Origin: the human T2T-CHM13v2.0 reference genome, Homo sapiens
DNA length: 64,000 bases
Assembly: GCF_009914755.1 (NCBI RefSeq)
Contig: NC_060926.1
Reading direction: 5' to 3' (one strand)
The first letter of the stretch is position 1. Every line of letters starts with the position of its first letter. The notes beneath the pieces were generated by a model. It had not been told where the DNA came from and ran no database searches. It saw only the letters and a list, made by a program, of their open reading frames with translations. Below, piece after piece: positions 38,176-51,334 of this stretch. The position numbers and the translations under genes are program-made.

Positions 38176-39920
38176 AATCTAGTTTATGTAACATATGAAA
38201 GTTGACATAGGGACTGAACAGTGTTTATACCAACACAACTTCACGGTAGAAAAATCTGGTTCTTGAATAATTTACCGCCAAACTGACCTCTCATAGATGA
38301 CATATTTATATTAAATTATGGAAGAATTAATTGTTTTCTTTAAGACCGAGGGAGAAATTTTCAGTAAAAGTAAGTCATCAGTGCAGTTGAACAAAGCCCA
38401 TCTCTTTGGCTTCTAACTCTACATTTTAGATCTCCCTTCAAGGCAGCCATATATAGCATAGAAAAGAGAATAAAACCTTGCAAGCAAGCCTGGAGGCTAT
38501 ATAATAGATTAATCAGACAAGTACCAAGATTAATTTCCTATGTAAATTATAGCAAAATAATACACTGAAATATTTTTCCCTAAAAGTTTTAATAGGTTAC
38601 TTTTATAAGACATTTACAGTTCAATGAGCTGATAAGGTAATTATAGGATCACATACATGTGGGAATTAAGAAATGTGTATGAATGAGTCAGAAAAAAAAT
38701 AAAGCCAAGGTAAGTGTATGGATTTGTAATCAGGACATCAGAAGCTAAAAGACTAACTCTAAAATAGTAAAGGAATTTGAAGTAACTAGAGGGGTAAACA
38801 AACAAAAAAAAGAACTCATAATAAATATACAGGAGGCACAGCTACAATCAGCCTAAGTCCAAATAAAGTGTAATAATGTAGCAAAAAAATTGAATCAATG
38901 CTAGAGAAAAACATTTATGATGATCAACTTGCTCCTAGAAGTCTGATTTAATTTTAAGAAGCTCTGTTATGTTTAAACTGTGTTTATGACATGGAAGAAA
39001 GATTTCATCTTATCTGTCAATTCTCATCATTCATTAGTGGTTGTCTGAAGATTGTGTTGAGAAAGATGCTCAAATTAGAAGAAAGTAAACATCTTCCCAG
39101 TAGCAATGTTTTCTACAGGCTTTGAACAGATTACTGGTGGCATGTAGCCCTCCTTCCCCATTGCCACTCCTACTCTAAGTTCATCTACCTGAAGTAGTTT
39201 TAGGAGGGCAGGTTTCTTGGCCAAAGGAGACCTAAAAATATAGTCCATTCTGGGGCACCCAAAGGGACAGAGTCTTATTCTAAAGAATGTCTGGAAGAAT
39301 TTGACCCTTAAACTCCAGAGATTGTCCTAGTGTTGACCCCCAAAAAACTACTCTTAAAACATCAGTCTTTGTAAACATCTACTTGATTAATTCTCTTAGG
39401 ACATTAACTGGGAGGCAGTAACTTTCCAGTGGCATAATTTGGTGACAAAAGTTTGATTTGATACTCTAAAATATTTGCTTTGCCTTGTATTTAAAGGGGT
39501 TTTAAAATAAAGTTTTGTGCAGAAACCTGGTCAGGAAACCTTGGAGTTGGTAATAGCAATGCACACCAATTTGAAAGCATCCCTTTAGTGAAACTCTATT
39601 TAAGGTAGAGCCAATTCCAATGTTAAGAAACTAACATTCACACCCATATGCAAGGGTGTGAATTTTCTTCTAAATGGATTGTTTGCTATTATAGTAGTTA
39701 CAGTTTTTAATTCAGTGGTATGGGGGATTTCCTGAAATACTATAGAAATACATTCTTTCTTCACTGCATTCCTTTGCACAACTCAAATAACTGTGTGTTA
39801 GTAAATTGAGATGTAGCTAGATGACATATTCTGTATTTTCTTATCATTCAGATGCAGCTTCCCTGTCACTCCTTCTAAGAGACCTTCCTCAACCACCCAG
39901 TTGAAAGTATCCATCTAGTC

Positions 39921-40295
39921 TATGCAGCCATAAAAAAGGATGAGTTCATGTCCTTTGTAGGGACATGGATGAAACTGAAAACCATCATTCTGAGCAAACT
40001 ATCACAAGGACAGAAAACCAAACCCCGCATGTTCTCACTCATAGGTGGAAATTGAACAATGAGAACACTTGGACACAGGGCTGGGAACATTACACACCAG
40101 GGCCTGTCGTGGGGTGGGGGGAGGGGAGAGGGATAGCATTAAGAGAAATACCTAATGTAAATGACAAGTAAATGGGTACAGCACACCAACATGGCACATG
40201 TATACATATGTAACAGACCTGCACGTTGTGCACATGTACGCTAGAACTTAAAGTATAATAAGAAAAAAAAGAATTTCAAAAACTACTAAAAACAA
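39921..40295 (+). mobile_element. 5'-truncated L1PA 3' end inserted in an L2 remnant
   Basis: L1PA 3' UTR with a perfect 18-bp TSD GAAAGTATCCATCTAGTC (39903-39920 / 40296-40313). Confidence 0.93.
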
Positions 40296-40878
40296 GAAAG
40301 TATCCATCTAGTCAGTTGTTTCATATCATCCTATTCTAATTCTCTTCACTTATCTTGATATATTATATTTCTTGTCTTTTAATGTTTGTTTACTGTTTCT
40401 GTCCTCCAAACTTCACCAGGCACACACTAGAAATATAAACTTCGTGCAGCAGGAGTCTTATGTGTTTTGTTTCCTCTGTTGGCTGTTCCTATAAGGTTAC
40501 CTGGCACACAGTAGGCGTTTCATCTACATTTCTGAAATTAAAAAACTGTGCCTTTACAAACAAATTGGATCAAACCAAAATTACCATGTTGGATTGAATC
40601 AGTGAGTTGCAGCAGTCTTTCTGGAACAAGGCAGGCTAAATTTATATTATCCAAATTTATGGTTGGTTTTACTGGAATGAGGAATGGCTCCCTGATAATT
40701 TCCTGCCCACCATGGATCTTGATTCTCTGCATGTGAATCTGGATTAAGCACAGTTCACTAAACAGAAACTTATAATTCAGCACAATTTTTGTCTGGAGAA
40801 TGAGTCACAGAGATATCAATGGCAACCACATGCCGCCATTTTTAAATGAAAATCAAATTCAGAGGTGACCAACAATAC

Positions 40879-41040
40879 CTTATGAGCATACTCCTCTGGT
40901 TTCATATTTTGAACACAATGTATAGCTTTATACATCATCTTCTCTCGGAAATCATTAACTGTCTCATGTTCGATAACTCCTGAACCACTGTGAGCAACCA
41001 GGACGTAGGTGCTCTCATCAGCTCTGGCTCGACCACGGGC
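40879..41040 (-). CDS. IFIH1: IFIH1 exon 13, motif VI (Q-ARGRAR) and pincer helix
   Basis: tttcag|GCC CGT GGT CGA...CAT AAG|gtattg, 162 nt, phase 0-0. Codon 843 is CAT (His) at 40966-40968. Confidence 0.97.
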
Positions 41041-42447
41041 CTGAAAACACAAATAAATCAAGTAAATGAAAGGGTACGTTGTGATACAAATCCTCCTGGT
41101 TTTTTCTGGGAATGATATTCTTGCTCAGAATGAAATGATATTGGGTTGTTCAGCATGCCAGTCTTCAAATGGGTAAAGTTAGTAAAGTTAGTTATTAATC
41201 CATTACTTGTAAGTCAGCTCTTTGAAACTTATAATATGCTTTAATACAGAAAAAGTGTTCTAGAGTGATGATGGTTAGGCCTCAATGACATAATATCATC
41301 CTGTCCAGGCTTTTTGCTCTCAGAACTTCTCTCTCAAACTATGAGAACCACGATCAATGACTTGGACTGAGGAGTCGTCTTTCTTGGTAGGAAGCTGGGA
41401 GGAATGAATGGAGAGAAGGGTCATCTCTGACCTTGACACTAGGGCTGGTGAGAAGGCAGGTCAGTTTCTGGCATCCTACATTACATTCTTAGCACATTTT
41501 CCCATGGGAACATATTTAACATGGTGATAACTTTCTACAAGCCTCTTTATGAAAGTGATATTCAGGTATATTTTGATTAATAGAAACTTCTGTGGCCTGG
41601 CCCAGGAGCCTATCAACTATAAAAGTATCCTCAAGGAAAAATGTATTCTAAGTTTGATTACTAAGCTTATCACTGACTTACAAATAGACTCCTGAAATAA
41701 AATTATTTGCTAATTTGATGGCAGTCTGGTTATCTTAGTCTTCTATGACTTGCCTTTTATTCAAGGATGCAATTTAAGTTATTTAAAAATCCCTTTAGTT
41801 AATTTTATAGGAAGAATAGTGTATCTATTAATCAGCATAACACCTATGCCTACTCAACAGGTTACAATAATGCCATTAACATAGGTGGGTAAGAGATAAA
41901 GTGAAATCTGAATGAAAACAGAACATTTCACTCTTTTATTTATTTTTACATTTATAAGTCTGCCCCCAACCAACATTTTATCATGAAAACTTCTAAACAC
42001 ACAGAAAATTGGAAAGGATAAGGGAAGAAAATGCAGAAACAGCAGGGCTCCCTCAGGTTTGGGCATGTTACTTCATCAGACATTTGTGGGACAGTGTACT
42101 TTAGATTCCTGGTCCAGCTGGGGGCTCACAGACATCCTAGGAAAGAGGAGGCTGCTTTTGACTCTTACAAATGGGGCTAGTGTCATGGTCCTGGAAAGCC
42201 TTAGGGTACAGAAATAGCTAAAGAGGAGTTGTTGTTTAAACATACAACAGGTATCTGGTTATTATATGAATTGACAGCAATATGAAAGGCAACAGTGCAC
42301 AGCATTTTAAAAATGCTCTTTTAACAGGAAAAAGGCTTTGTTTTAAAAACTAAAAAGATGTTTTTGCTGTTTAACTAAAAGAAAGCAATTAAAATAGGAA
42401 CACAACAAATAAAAATTAACATAGTAAGTAGAGGTATTTGAATGTAC

Positions 42448-42597
42448 CTGGACCATGGCTATTTCATTGGTGACGAGACCATAACGGATAACAATGTTAC
42501 ATTCTTTAATATCCAGACCTTCTTCTGCCACTGTGGTAGCGATAAGCAGATTTATTTTTCCAGTGCGAAATTTACTAATGACTTCTTTTTGTTCATT
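42448..42597 (-). CDS. IFIH1: IFIH1 exon 12, motif V ([11 protein letters not shown])
   Basis: ctacag|AAT GAA CAA...GTC CAG|gtacat, 150 nt, phase 0-0, within ORF 42343..42609. Confidence 0.97.
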
Positions 42598-44971
42598 CTG
42601 TAGAAACATTTTAATAAATTAAATTTTGTGATGCTAAACACATTAAAATCTTCTAATTAGAGGAAGAAATAATAAATTGCAACTGGTCAGTGTAAATCAA
42701 AGGATTAGATCATACATGGATTTGTTGCCATCTGTTTTTGGCATTGAACAAAGACATAATGGTGAGACAACATTTGATTTCCAATCTGGGATTACCACAC
42801 AATAACAAAAATATTTCCATCATCCAGTCTGGAGGTGGGAAGACCACATTTTATGCCAAGGAAATAAATTGATGGGTGACTCCAGAGGAAGAAAGGAGGA
42901 GCTGTCGGTTGAGAAGAGGATATGACAATCAGAAGCTAAAATGGGCTTTTTTCCCCCACTACATTAACTTCAGAATCTTTGCTATTTAGAGGATAAGATG
43001 CAGAGATGCTTTGATATATTGTTTTCAGTCACAGAGAAAATGCACACTGTATATGCATTTGGTCACTTTAAGAATCATTTGAGTTAGAAGCTATGGAATA
43101 TTCCCAAAAGGACACAAGAGAAACTGAAAACATCAGCTGCATCTAGGGAGGGGAGCTGGAAGACTAGAGGTCAGTGGTATGCCTTGTGCCTCATTAATTT
43201 TGAATGAGGTAAATATATTATCAATTCAAAGGGACAATATAAATAAAAATGAAAGAAGAGGTTATGCAACTGTAAATAAAACTATTTTCAAATGAAAAAA
43301 CTCTGAATTTTGAAAGTCAATATAAATAAATTAAAATATGACCTCTCATCCTTACATGGGAGAAATGAGTGAGCACAAACCTAGCTTGATATGGACAATG
43401 TGGTTTTATTTTCATAACCACTCTCATCAAAGCTGTTGGTCCAGTTGGCATTTGGTGCACATCCACACTGTCTATTGCCCCCATACATTAAACAAAAATA
43501 AAGCTGCCAGACCAAAAGTATGTTCTTCCATCCCCTTCCCTTTCTTCTCAGAGGCAGTGTGAGTCCTTATTTGACTCCTACTCCTAACTGTCGGAGAACC
43601 CTGTAGAAAGGCCTCTCTTGAGTCTTCTCTGAAAATTTCTCCCTCCGGCCCTCACATCTCCCGATAAAAACTTACATGTTCTTGGATTTTAGCAGAAGAT
43701 GCCTGTGTCTTAATTTGAAGGAGTAACTTTAATAACAAAAATTCCAGACAGTGTCAGATCTTCAAGTCACATCACATAGATGCCTAACACCATTGCTAAG
43801 GAGTTTGTCCACCCCAGTTTACAAGGTGAGGATACAAGGAGTGGGGAAGGAAGGGAATATGTTCTGTATTTTGGCACACAGCCCCTTGGTTTGAAATGAA
43901 TAAGGAGCAGAAAGTAGCTTGAACATAGGCTTTTCATTTGCACTCTACCTCTTTTTACAGAGAAGCTTAGCCCTCTTACAATAAAAGTCACAACGCTAAA
44001 GTTAATATAATAGAAATTTAAAAACAGAACTCATAAGAATCAACACAGAGGCTGTGAGACTGAACTTGAGTTTTTCCTGCTAGCTTTCTGGAAGCTAAGG
44101 CAAAAAGAAAAACATATAAAGCAAACTACATCTCATCAAAAAGAAGGAAGCAAACTTGTTACCCAAGGAAAACAGTACTTTCTCTGGCATTAATTTTATT
44201 GGCAATGCTCACAGGAGTGCATGTAGAGGGTATATAAAGAGTTATAGTGAACCATTTCAAGAATTTTTTTCCAGCAAACACTGAAACAGAATTAATTTGC
44301 TCCATTGGCTTGAATAGTGATAACTATAATAGAAAGGAAGTATCCATTTGTCCAGAAAGACTCAGGGTCAATGTGATTTTAGCCCTCAGAAGAATATTTT
44401 ACTCTAACAAGGCATCATTGCTTCATGCATGCTTGTAATGTCTACTAGTGCCTTTTTTTCTTACCCAAGTGTTTTTTTACTATGCCCACAGTAAGCAACA
44501 TGTAAACAAAGTAAAACAAAACACCTTAAAATGGAACAGAAAACCTACTTACCAGAATCCCAAATCTCTAATATATCAAATTCTTTAGTTTTTTCAAGTT
44601 TCCCTAGAGGTCTCATTCTATGTAAATATATTTTGCATAGTTCTAGTTATAACGAACACATTTTTGTGGGAGTTTGAATTTTCCACTTGATACTACATGG
44701 CAATCATTTCTGAACTTTGTTGTTAAGCTTACATGTCACTTATTTTTGCAAGGGAAACTTAGAAAGTTCTTCCAATTATTATGTGGGAAAAATGACTCCT
44801 AAAACAACACTTAACCTCTCAAAAACCACAGATTTGATTGCTATTAGCCTTAGATTTTATTTCAAGAACAGGTGTTTTATCCTGTAAATGTATTCATGGG
44901 TGGTGAGAGGATTGGTAGAAAAAGACTAAAAACAATTTGAGAAGAGTAATAACAGCATAAGAAAAGAAGTC

Positions 44972-45306
44972 CAGGCTGAGCGCAGTGGCTCGTGCCTATA
45001 ATCTCAATACTTTGGAAGGCAGAGGCAGAAGGATGGCTTGAGCCCAGGAGTTTAAGACAAGCCAGGACAACATAGTGGGACACCTTTTCTACAAAAAAGA
45101 TAAAAAAATTAGTTGGGTGTGGTGGTGCACACCTAGAGTCCCAGCTGCTCAGGAGGCTGGGGCTGGAGGATTGCTTGAGCCTAGGAGGTCAAGGGTGCAG
45201 TGAATCTTGATCATGCCACTGCTCTTCAGCCTGAGTGACAGAGCGAGGCCTCGTCTGAAAGAAAAGAAGAAGAGAAGAAGAGAAGAGAAGAAGAAAAGAG
45301 AAAGAA
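44972..45306 (+). mobile_element. AluJ-like element with GA-rich tail abutting the IFIH1 exon 11 donor
   Basis: Alu body 44974-45256, purine-only tail 45257-45317, TSD AAGAAAAGAAGTC (44959-44971 / 45307-45319). Confidence 0.92.
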
Positions 45307-45336
45307 AAGAAAAGAAGTCGTCCAAAAGGATATTTA

Positions 45337-45612
<276 letters not shown>

Positions 45613-45614
45613 TT

Positions 45615-45725
45615 AGAGTTGATATGTTAACAAGCTTGATTTAGCCACTCCACAATGTACAGATATATCAAACATTTTGTACACCAAAAATATACAGTTT
45701 TATTGATTAAAAATTAATTAATTTA
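45615..45725 (+). mobile_element. Tiny L1MA-type 3' fragment beside the exon 11 acceptor
   Basis: gatatgttaa..agcttgatttagcca.tccacaatgta...tgtacacca.aaatataca, typical of an L1MA 3' end. Confidence 0.7.
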
Positions 45726-46017
45726 AAAACTATTTGGAAGTATAAATTAGTAAAACATACAACGAATTACACTAGAAGGTTTCATGAATTGTGGCTCATC
45801 TACAATCTTGCGCTATATCTAATAATTAGGATGGTTTAATAAATAAATTCATTACAATTGTCTTGACAATAAAACTGAATGACCAAATGACTGACTGTGA
45901 TCATACAACTGGTAGCTAATCTGGTCATATCATTAGAAATAGTTCCAATCTGAGTGGGATTTCTTCTTTCAAAAGATATTTCTCTTTTTGGAGAGCTTAT
46001 GAGAAGCAGTAAGTTCA

Positions 46018-46470
<453 letters not shown>

Positions 46471-46759
46471 TTAAGGCTCAAAATGTGTCCTGAGCTCTGA
46501 AACAGGGCAAGTTTTCCAACTCCTAGACTTGCTGCTTGAGTTCTGCCTCAGCAAAAACATGTAGCTGATGCACAGAGAAATGGCATGAAAATATATTAGT
46601 TGAGTTTGCCTTTGGAGACAGAGCTATTAAAGTTTATCTCAAGACTCTGGAGACAAAGAGAAAATTGGATAGCATTGGAATCTCTCTCCTTAGAAAAGGA
46701 ATTAGAACATGTTTATTATGCTTGTCCTACAGAGAACACAGAAATTCTATTTGGAACTA

Positions 46760-46981
<222 letters not shown>

Positions 46982-47404
46982 CTAAAAATAAAGTACACAC
47001 TTATTCTTATGTATTCTTATTGTTAAAGGAATAACATTATCTTTGTTAGAATAATTTCTAGGTTATAATAAATCTGATTCATCTTTGTTTAGACAAAGTA
47101 ACAGGTTAGTGTCCCATCACTTGTCTGTACATTTATTTTTGTCAGCTTCTCTTTTAAGCCTGCCATCAAGCCACACCCACACCAACACCCTGTTACCTCT
47201 GCTGGAATCTCCAACTTAAAAGGTTAACAAAAGTAAAGTTAATGAATTATATAAACCTTGTATGTTAAAGGTAACTTAGAAAACACATATTGCATTAATG
47301 CCACAATTATTTAGAAAGCTTACAGTGTAATTTAAGAAACATTCCTCCTTTGTAAAACTGGTTTCAGTATTATTTCGACCAAAATAAAAAGTTGAAGTAG
47401 AGTC

Positions 47405-47700
47405 TGAATAAAGCCAGAAATAAAGGAGTGCATGCTATATGATTCCATTTATATAAAGTTCAGAATCAGTGAAAACTCATTTTTTGTTTTAGAAGTCAAG
47501 ATAGTAGTGATTCCTGGGGCATGGTGACTGGAAGGGGGAGCCAGGAGCTTTTAGGATACTGGCAGTGTGCTGTCTCTTGATTTGGATTTTGTTTACATAT
47601 GTGTATTCAGTTTAGGAAAATTCAGCAATCAGTACACATATGAATTTGTACTTTTCTGTATGTATGTTATGCTTCAAGGTATATAAAAAAATTAAAGTAA
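47405..47700 (+). mobile_element. Ancient L1M 3' fragment
   Basis: aagccaga...atgattccatttatataaagttca...tgtatgttatgcttcaa. Confidence 0.7.
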
Positions 47701-48639
47701 GTTTAAAAAATGGCAAATTCTTTTAAAAAATGTACCTGAGAAATTTAGTTTTAAAAATCTTTATGAGTAGAAACATGCATTTAAAATTATCAAGTAAAAC
47801 CAAATAAGTAACAAAAAAAGGAAAGTGAATAAAATATATTCAACTGTGCTAGTGCAGCTGGAGTAGATAGCAGTCTTTTTCAGAATTTAAAAAAAGAGAT
47901 ATACGGAGGCTAGTTACTAACATTGGTTTAGTGCCTACTATATTTCAAGCATTGTTTTATCTACTATGCATATTTCATATCATTTGATCCCAACATTCTT
48001 ATTTTCAATGGTATTATCAAGTACATATGGCCAGAATTTGTAATGCTTTCTAAATTTTACAAAATAAAGTATTGACATAATTTACTGGCCATAATGTCCA
48101 AATTGACTCTCAGTTTATTCTTATAATTCCTGAAAAATTCATCAGAAAAGCATCATTAAAGTAAATATTTCACTTCTTTACCATTGCACTGTTTTCCTAA
48201 GAAAGTAAATATGCAAGTATGCAAATTAGATAGGATTCCCATTATCATTGCCAAATGTAATTTGATAGCAACAAAATGGCTCTGTGGAATGTCAGAAAAT
48301 CAATCCTGGAATTCACGAAGAAAATTAAAAAGGCTAAAACGAACTGTCATAACCCCTCCAGCTTAGTTACACATCCCTCTGCCCATGGCCCCTCACTGTC
48401 CCTTTTAACTCATATGTACAAACAATGAATAAGCTATTCCTCATGTAAATTAGAAAACTAAAAGAGGTCTAGAGGCGAGAATTCACTGTAGTGCTTTACT
48501 GCCTAACATCAATTAAAAAAAAACCTGAAACTTGTTTGCTAAAATTTTTAAATAATATTTTTCAGATGGTCAGTATAAAATAGCCTTTGCCATCTTTCTA
48601 CTGAATGTAGTATTGTCAATCAATAGATATAAAACATTA

Positions 48640-48783
<144 letters not shown>

Positions 48784-49489
48784 TCAATATTTATGCAATT
48801 ATTTTTCCCTTTCACTTTATTCAACGTAGAACTCTTTTTCATGTAAAAAATATGTAGCATTAAATTGTAGCATAAATATGTGGTATAAAATTTCATGAAA
48901 GTAATATGTAGCATTGCTTGCTAAATATAGCATTTTAACATTGTTTTATTATGGATCTCATTAACCCACAATCAGCAACATTTGTCCTAATATAGGAAAA
49001 AGGAGCTTCTAAATCAAGTTGGTGTAATAACAGAGAAAAAGGTGTATTGATATTCATTCCTTAAATTCCATTTTCCAAGTGGAAAACTGACATGGAAAGA
49101 GTATAACAATTTACCATCATTGACAGAGAATGATTTTGAGATAACCATGTTACATGAGGCATATCAAAGGTCAACTTGACATCCGTGGATCATACTACCA
49201 CCTTCTTCTACACATAAAGCAGGCATCTACACATAAAGCTGGGAGCATCCTTAGTCATGTTCCTTGATTATTAGATTGGAATTAGTCCTTAATCCCAGTA
49301 ATAAATTATATTTTGGAGCCTATAATTGCATCTCTGAATGTTGTGTCTACTCTACATAATTTGTATTGAATTCAACTTAAAGTAAGGGACTTAAAATTCA
49401 AATGCAATTGCCTTGGTACCAAAATACTTCTTGGGCTACTCTGATTTACTTAACACTCAAGATTAACAGTAGCACTGTATGTGGTGTTA

Positions 49490-49504
49490 CCATTAGGGGG
49501 CAGC
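49490..49504 (+). promoter_or_regulatory. Candidate CTCF site, IFIH1 intron 7
   Basis: CCATTAGGGGGCAGC, one mismatch to the CCACTAGGGGGCAGC core. Confidence 0.6.
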
Positions 49505-49953
49505 TGACAAGCTCATCTTTAAAGATCTTCATATCCCTATTTCCCTTTAATTTGAATTACCTAGATTCCTAGAATAACATATGAAGGACAGAAAATACGC
49601 AGTTTTGAAACTCATGGAGTAAGACTTTATTATGTGTGACAACTAGAAACTTTCATAGTTTATGCATATTTCTATATCAGGTAGATCATTAAATTTAACC
49701 ATAAGAGTAGATGTTCAAAAGAAGGCATTCTATTTATCTCAACTTCCCATTAATTATATCACTCTCCATCATTTTTATGATATGATTTTGTGTTATTGAT
49801 ATTTATTAAGGCATATTAGTATTCTGTAGAAGACTGAGTATATTTATTGTACTAAAGCAAACAGATTTCACTTAACTGATGATCACAGCACTTGAACTCA
49901 ATCTTATTTAATAAGACCAAGAAGTCCTGGCATTTGTTTTAGCTTTGCTTTCA

Positions 49954-50199
<246 letters not shown>

Positions 50200-50995
50200 T
50201 TAAAAGAAAATTCAAAGAGTTCATTTCTCCATATCAGCACACTACAGTGAGAAAATAGCTTTAGACCAGTAATTGAGCTGCCTTGGGGATGCCTTCTCTT
50301 GGGCACGACACAAGAGCAGTCCACTTTCAGTTTTTAGGAGGGAAATCTAACTATACTAGCACCTGTACACACAGACGTTCGTATATACTAATCATGAAAC
50401 TCCCTGTTAGACATTCTCCTTCTTTAATAGATAAGATTCAGAAAGTTTACAGAGCTAAAAAGCGTTAGATGTGGAATTCACACCCTGGCTTATTACAAAA
50501 CAAATCTCAGGATTTTACTTTTGTTCTTTAATAAAATATTTAATTTTAGGTTGGTGAATTTTATTTTTATTACATCAAGTGAAAAACACACTATTTAAAG
50601 AGGGAAAATTTTGCCTTGTTTTAACATTGCATTTAGTTATTATAAATTATTTTTATTTTTTTCCATTCTTTCTCCTACCTTCTCATCCTATACCCCATAA
50701 AAGACAAGATTTGTATTTTTATTCTATGGGAAAGGGAAGCAGATCTAACAACATTCAATAGCAAATAAAGGAACTTGTCAGAATAAATGGAAAGTCCAGC
50801 GAGTGCTTGCCTTAATAATGGTATTCTTATGCAGAATAAAGTGGTCTAATTAAAAACTTACTTTTTTTGTTTCCTCCAGGAAGTAGAAGGATTTTAATAA
50901 AACCATAAGCAATAAAAGACAATTTAAGCCACGAACATTTAAAAAATTAACAAATACAGCCTTTGTTATCATCAATATTACTATTAATTTTTTTA

Positions 50996-51334
<339 letters not shown>

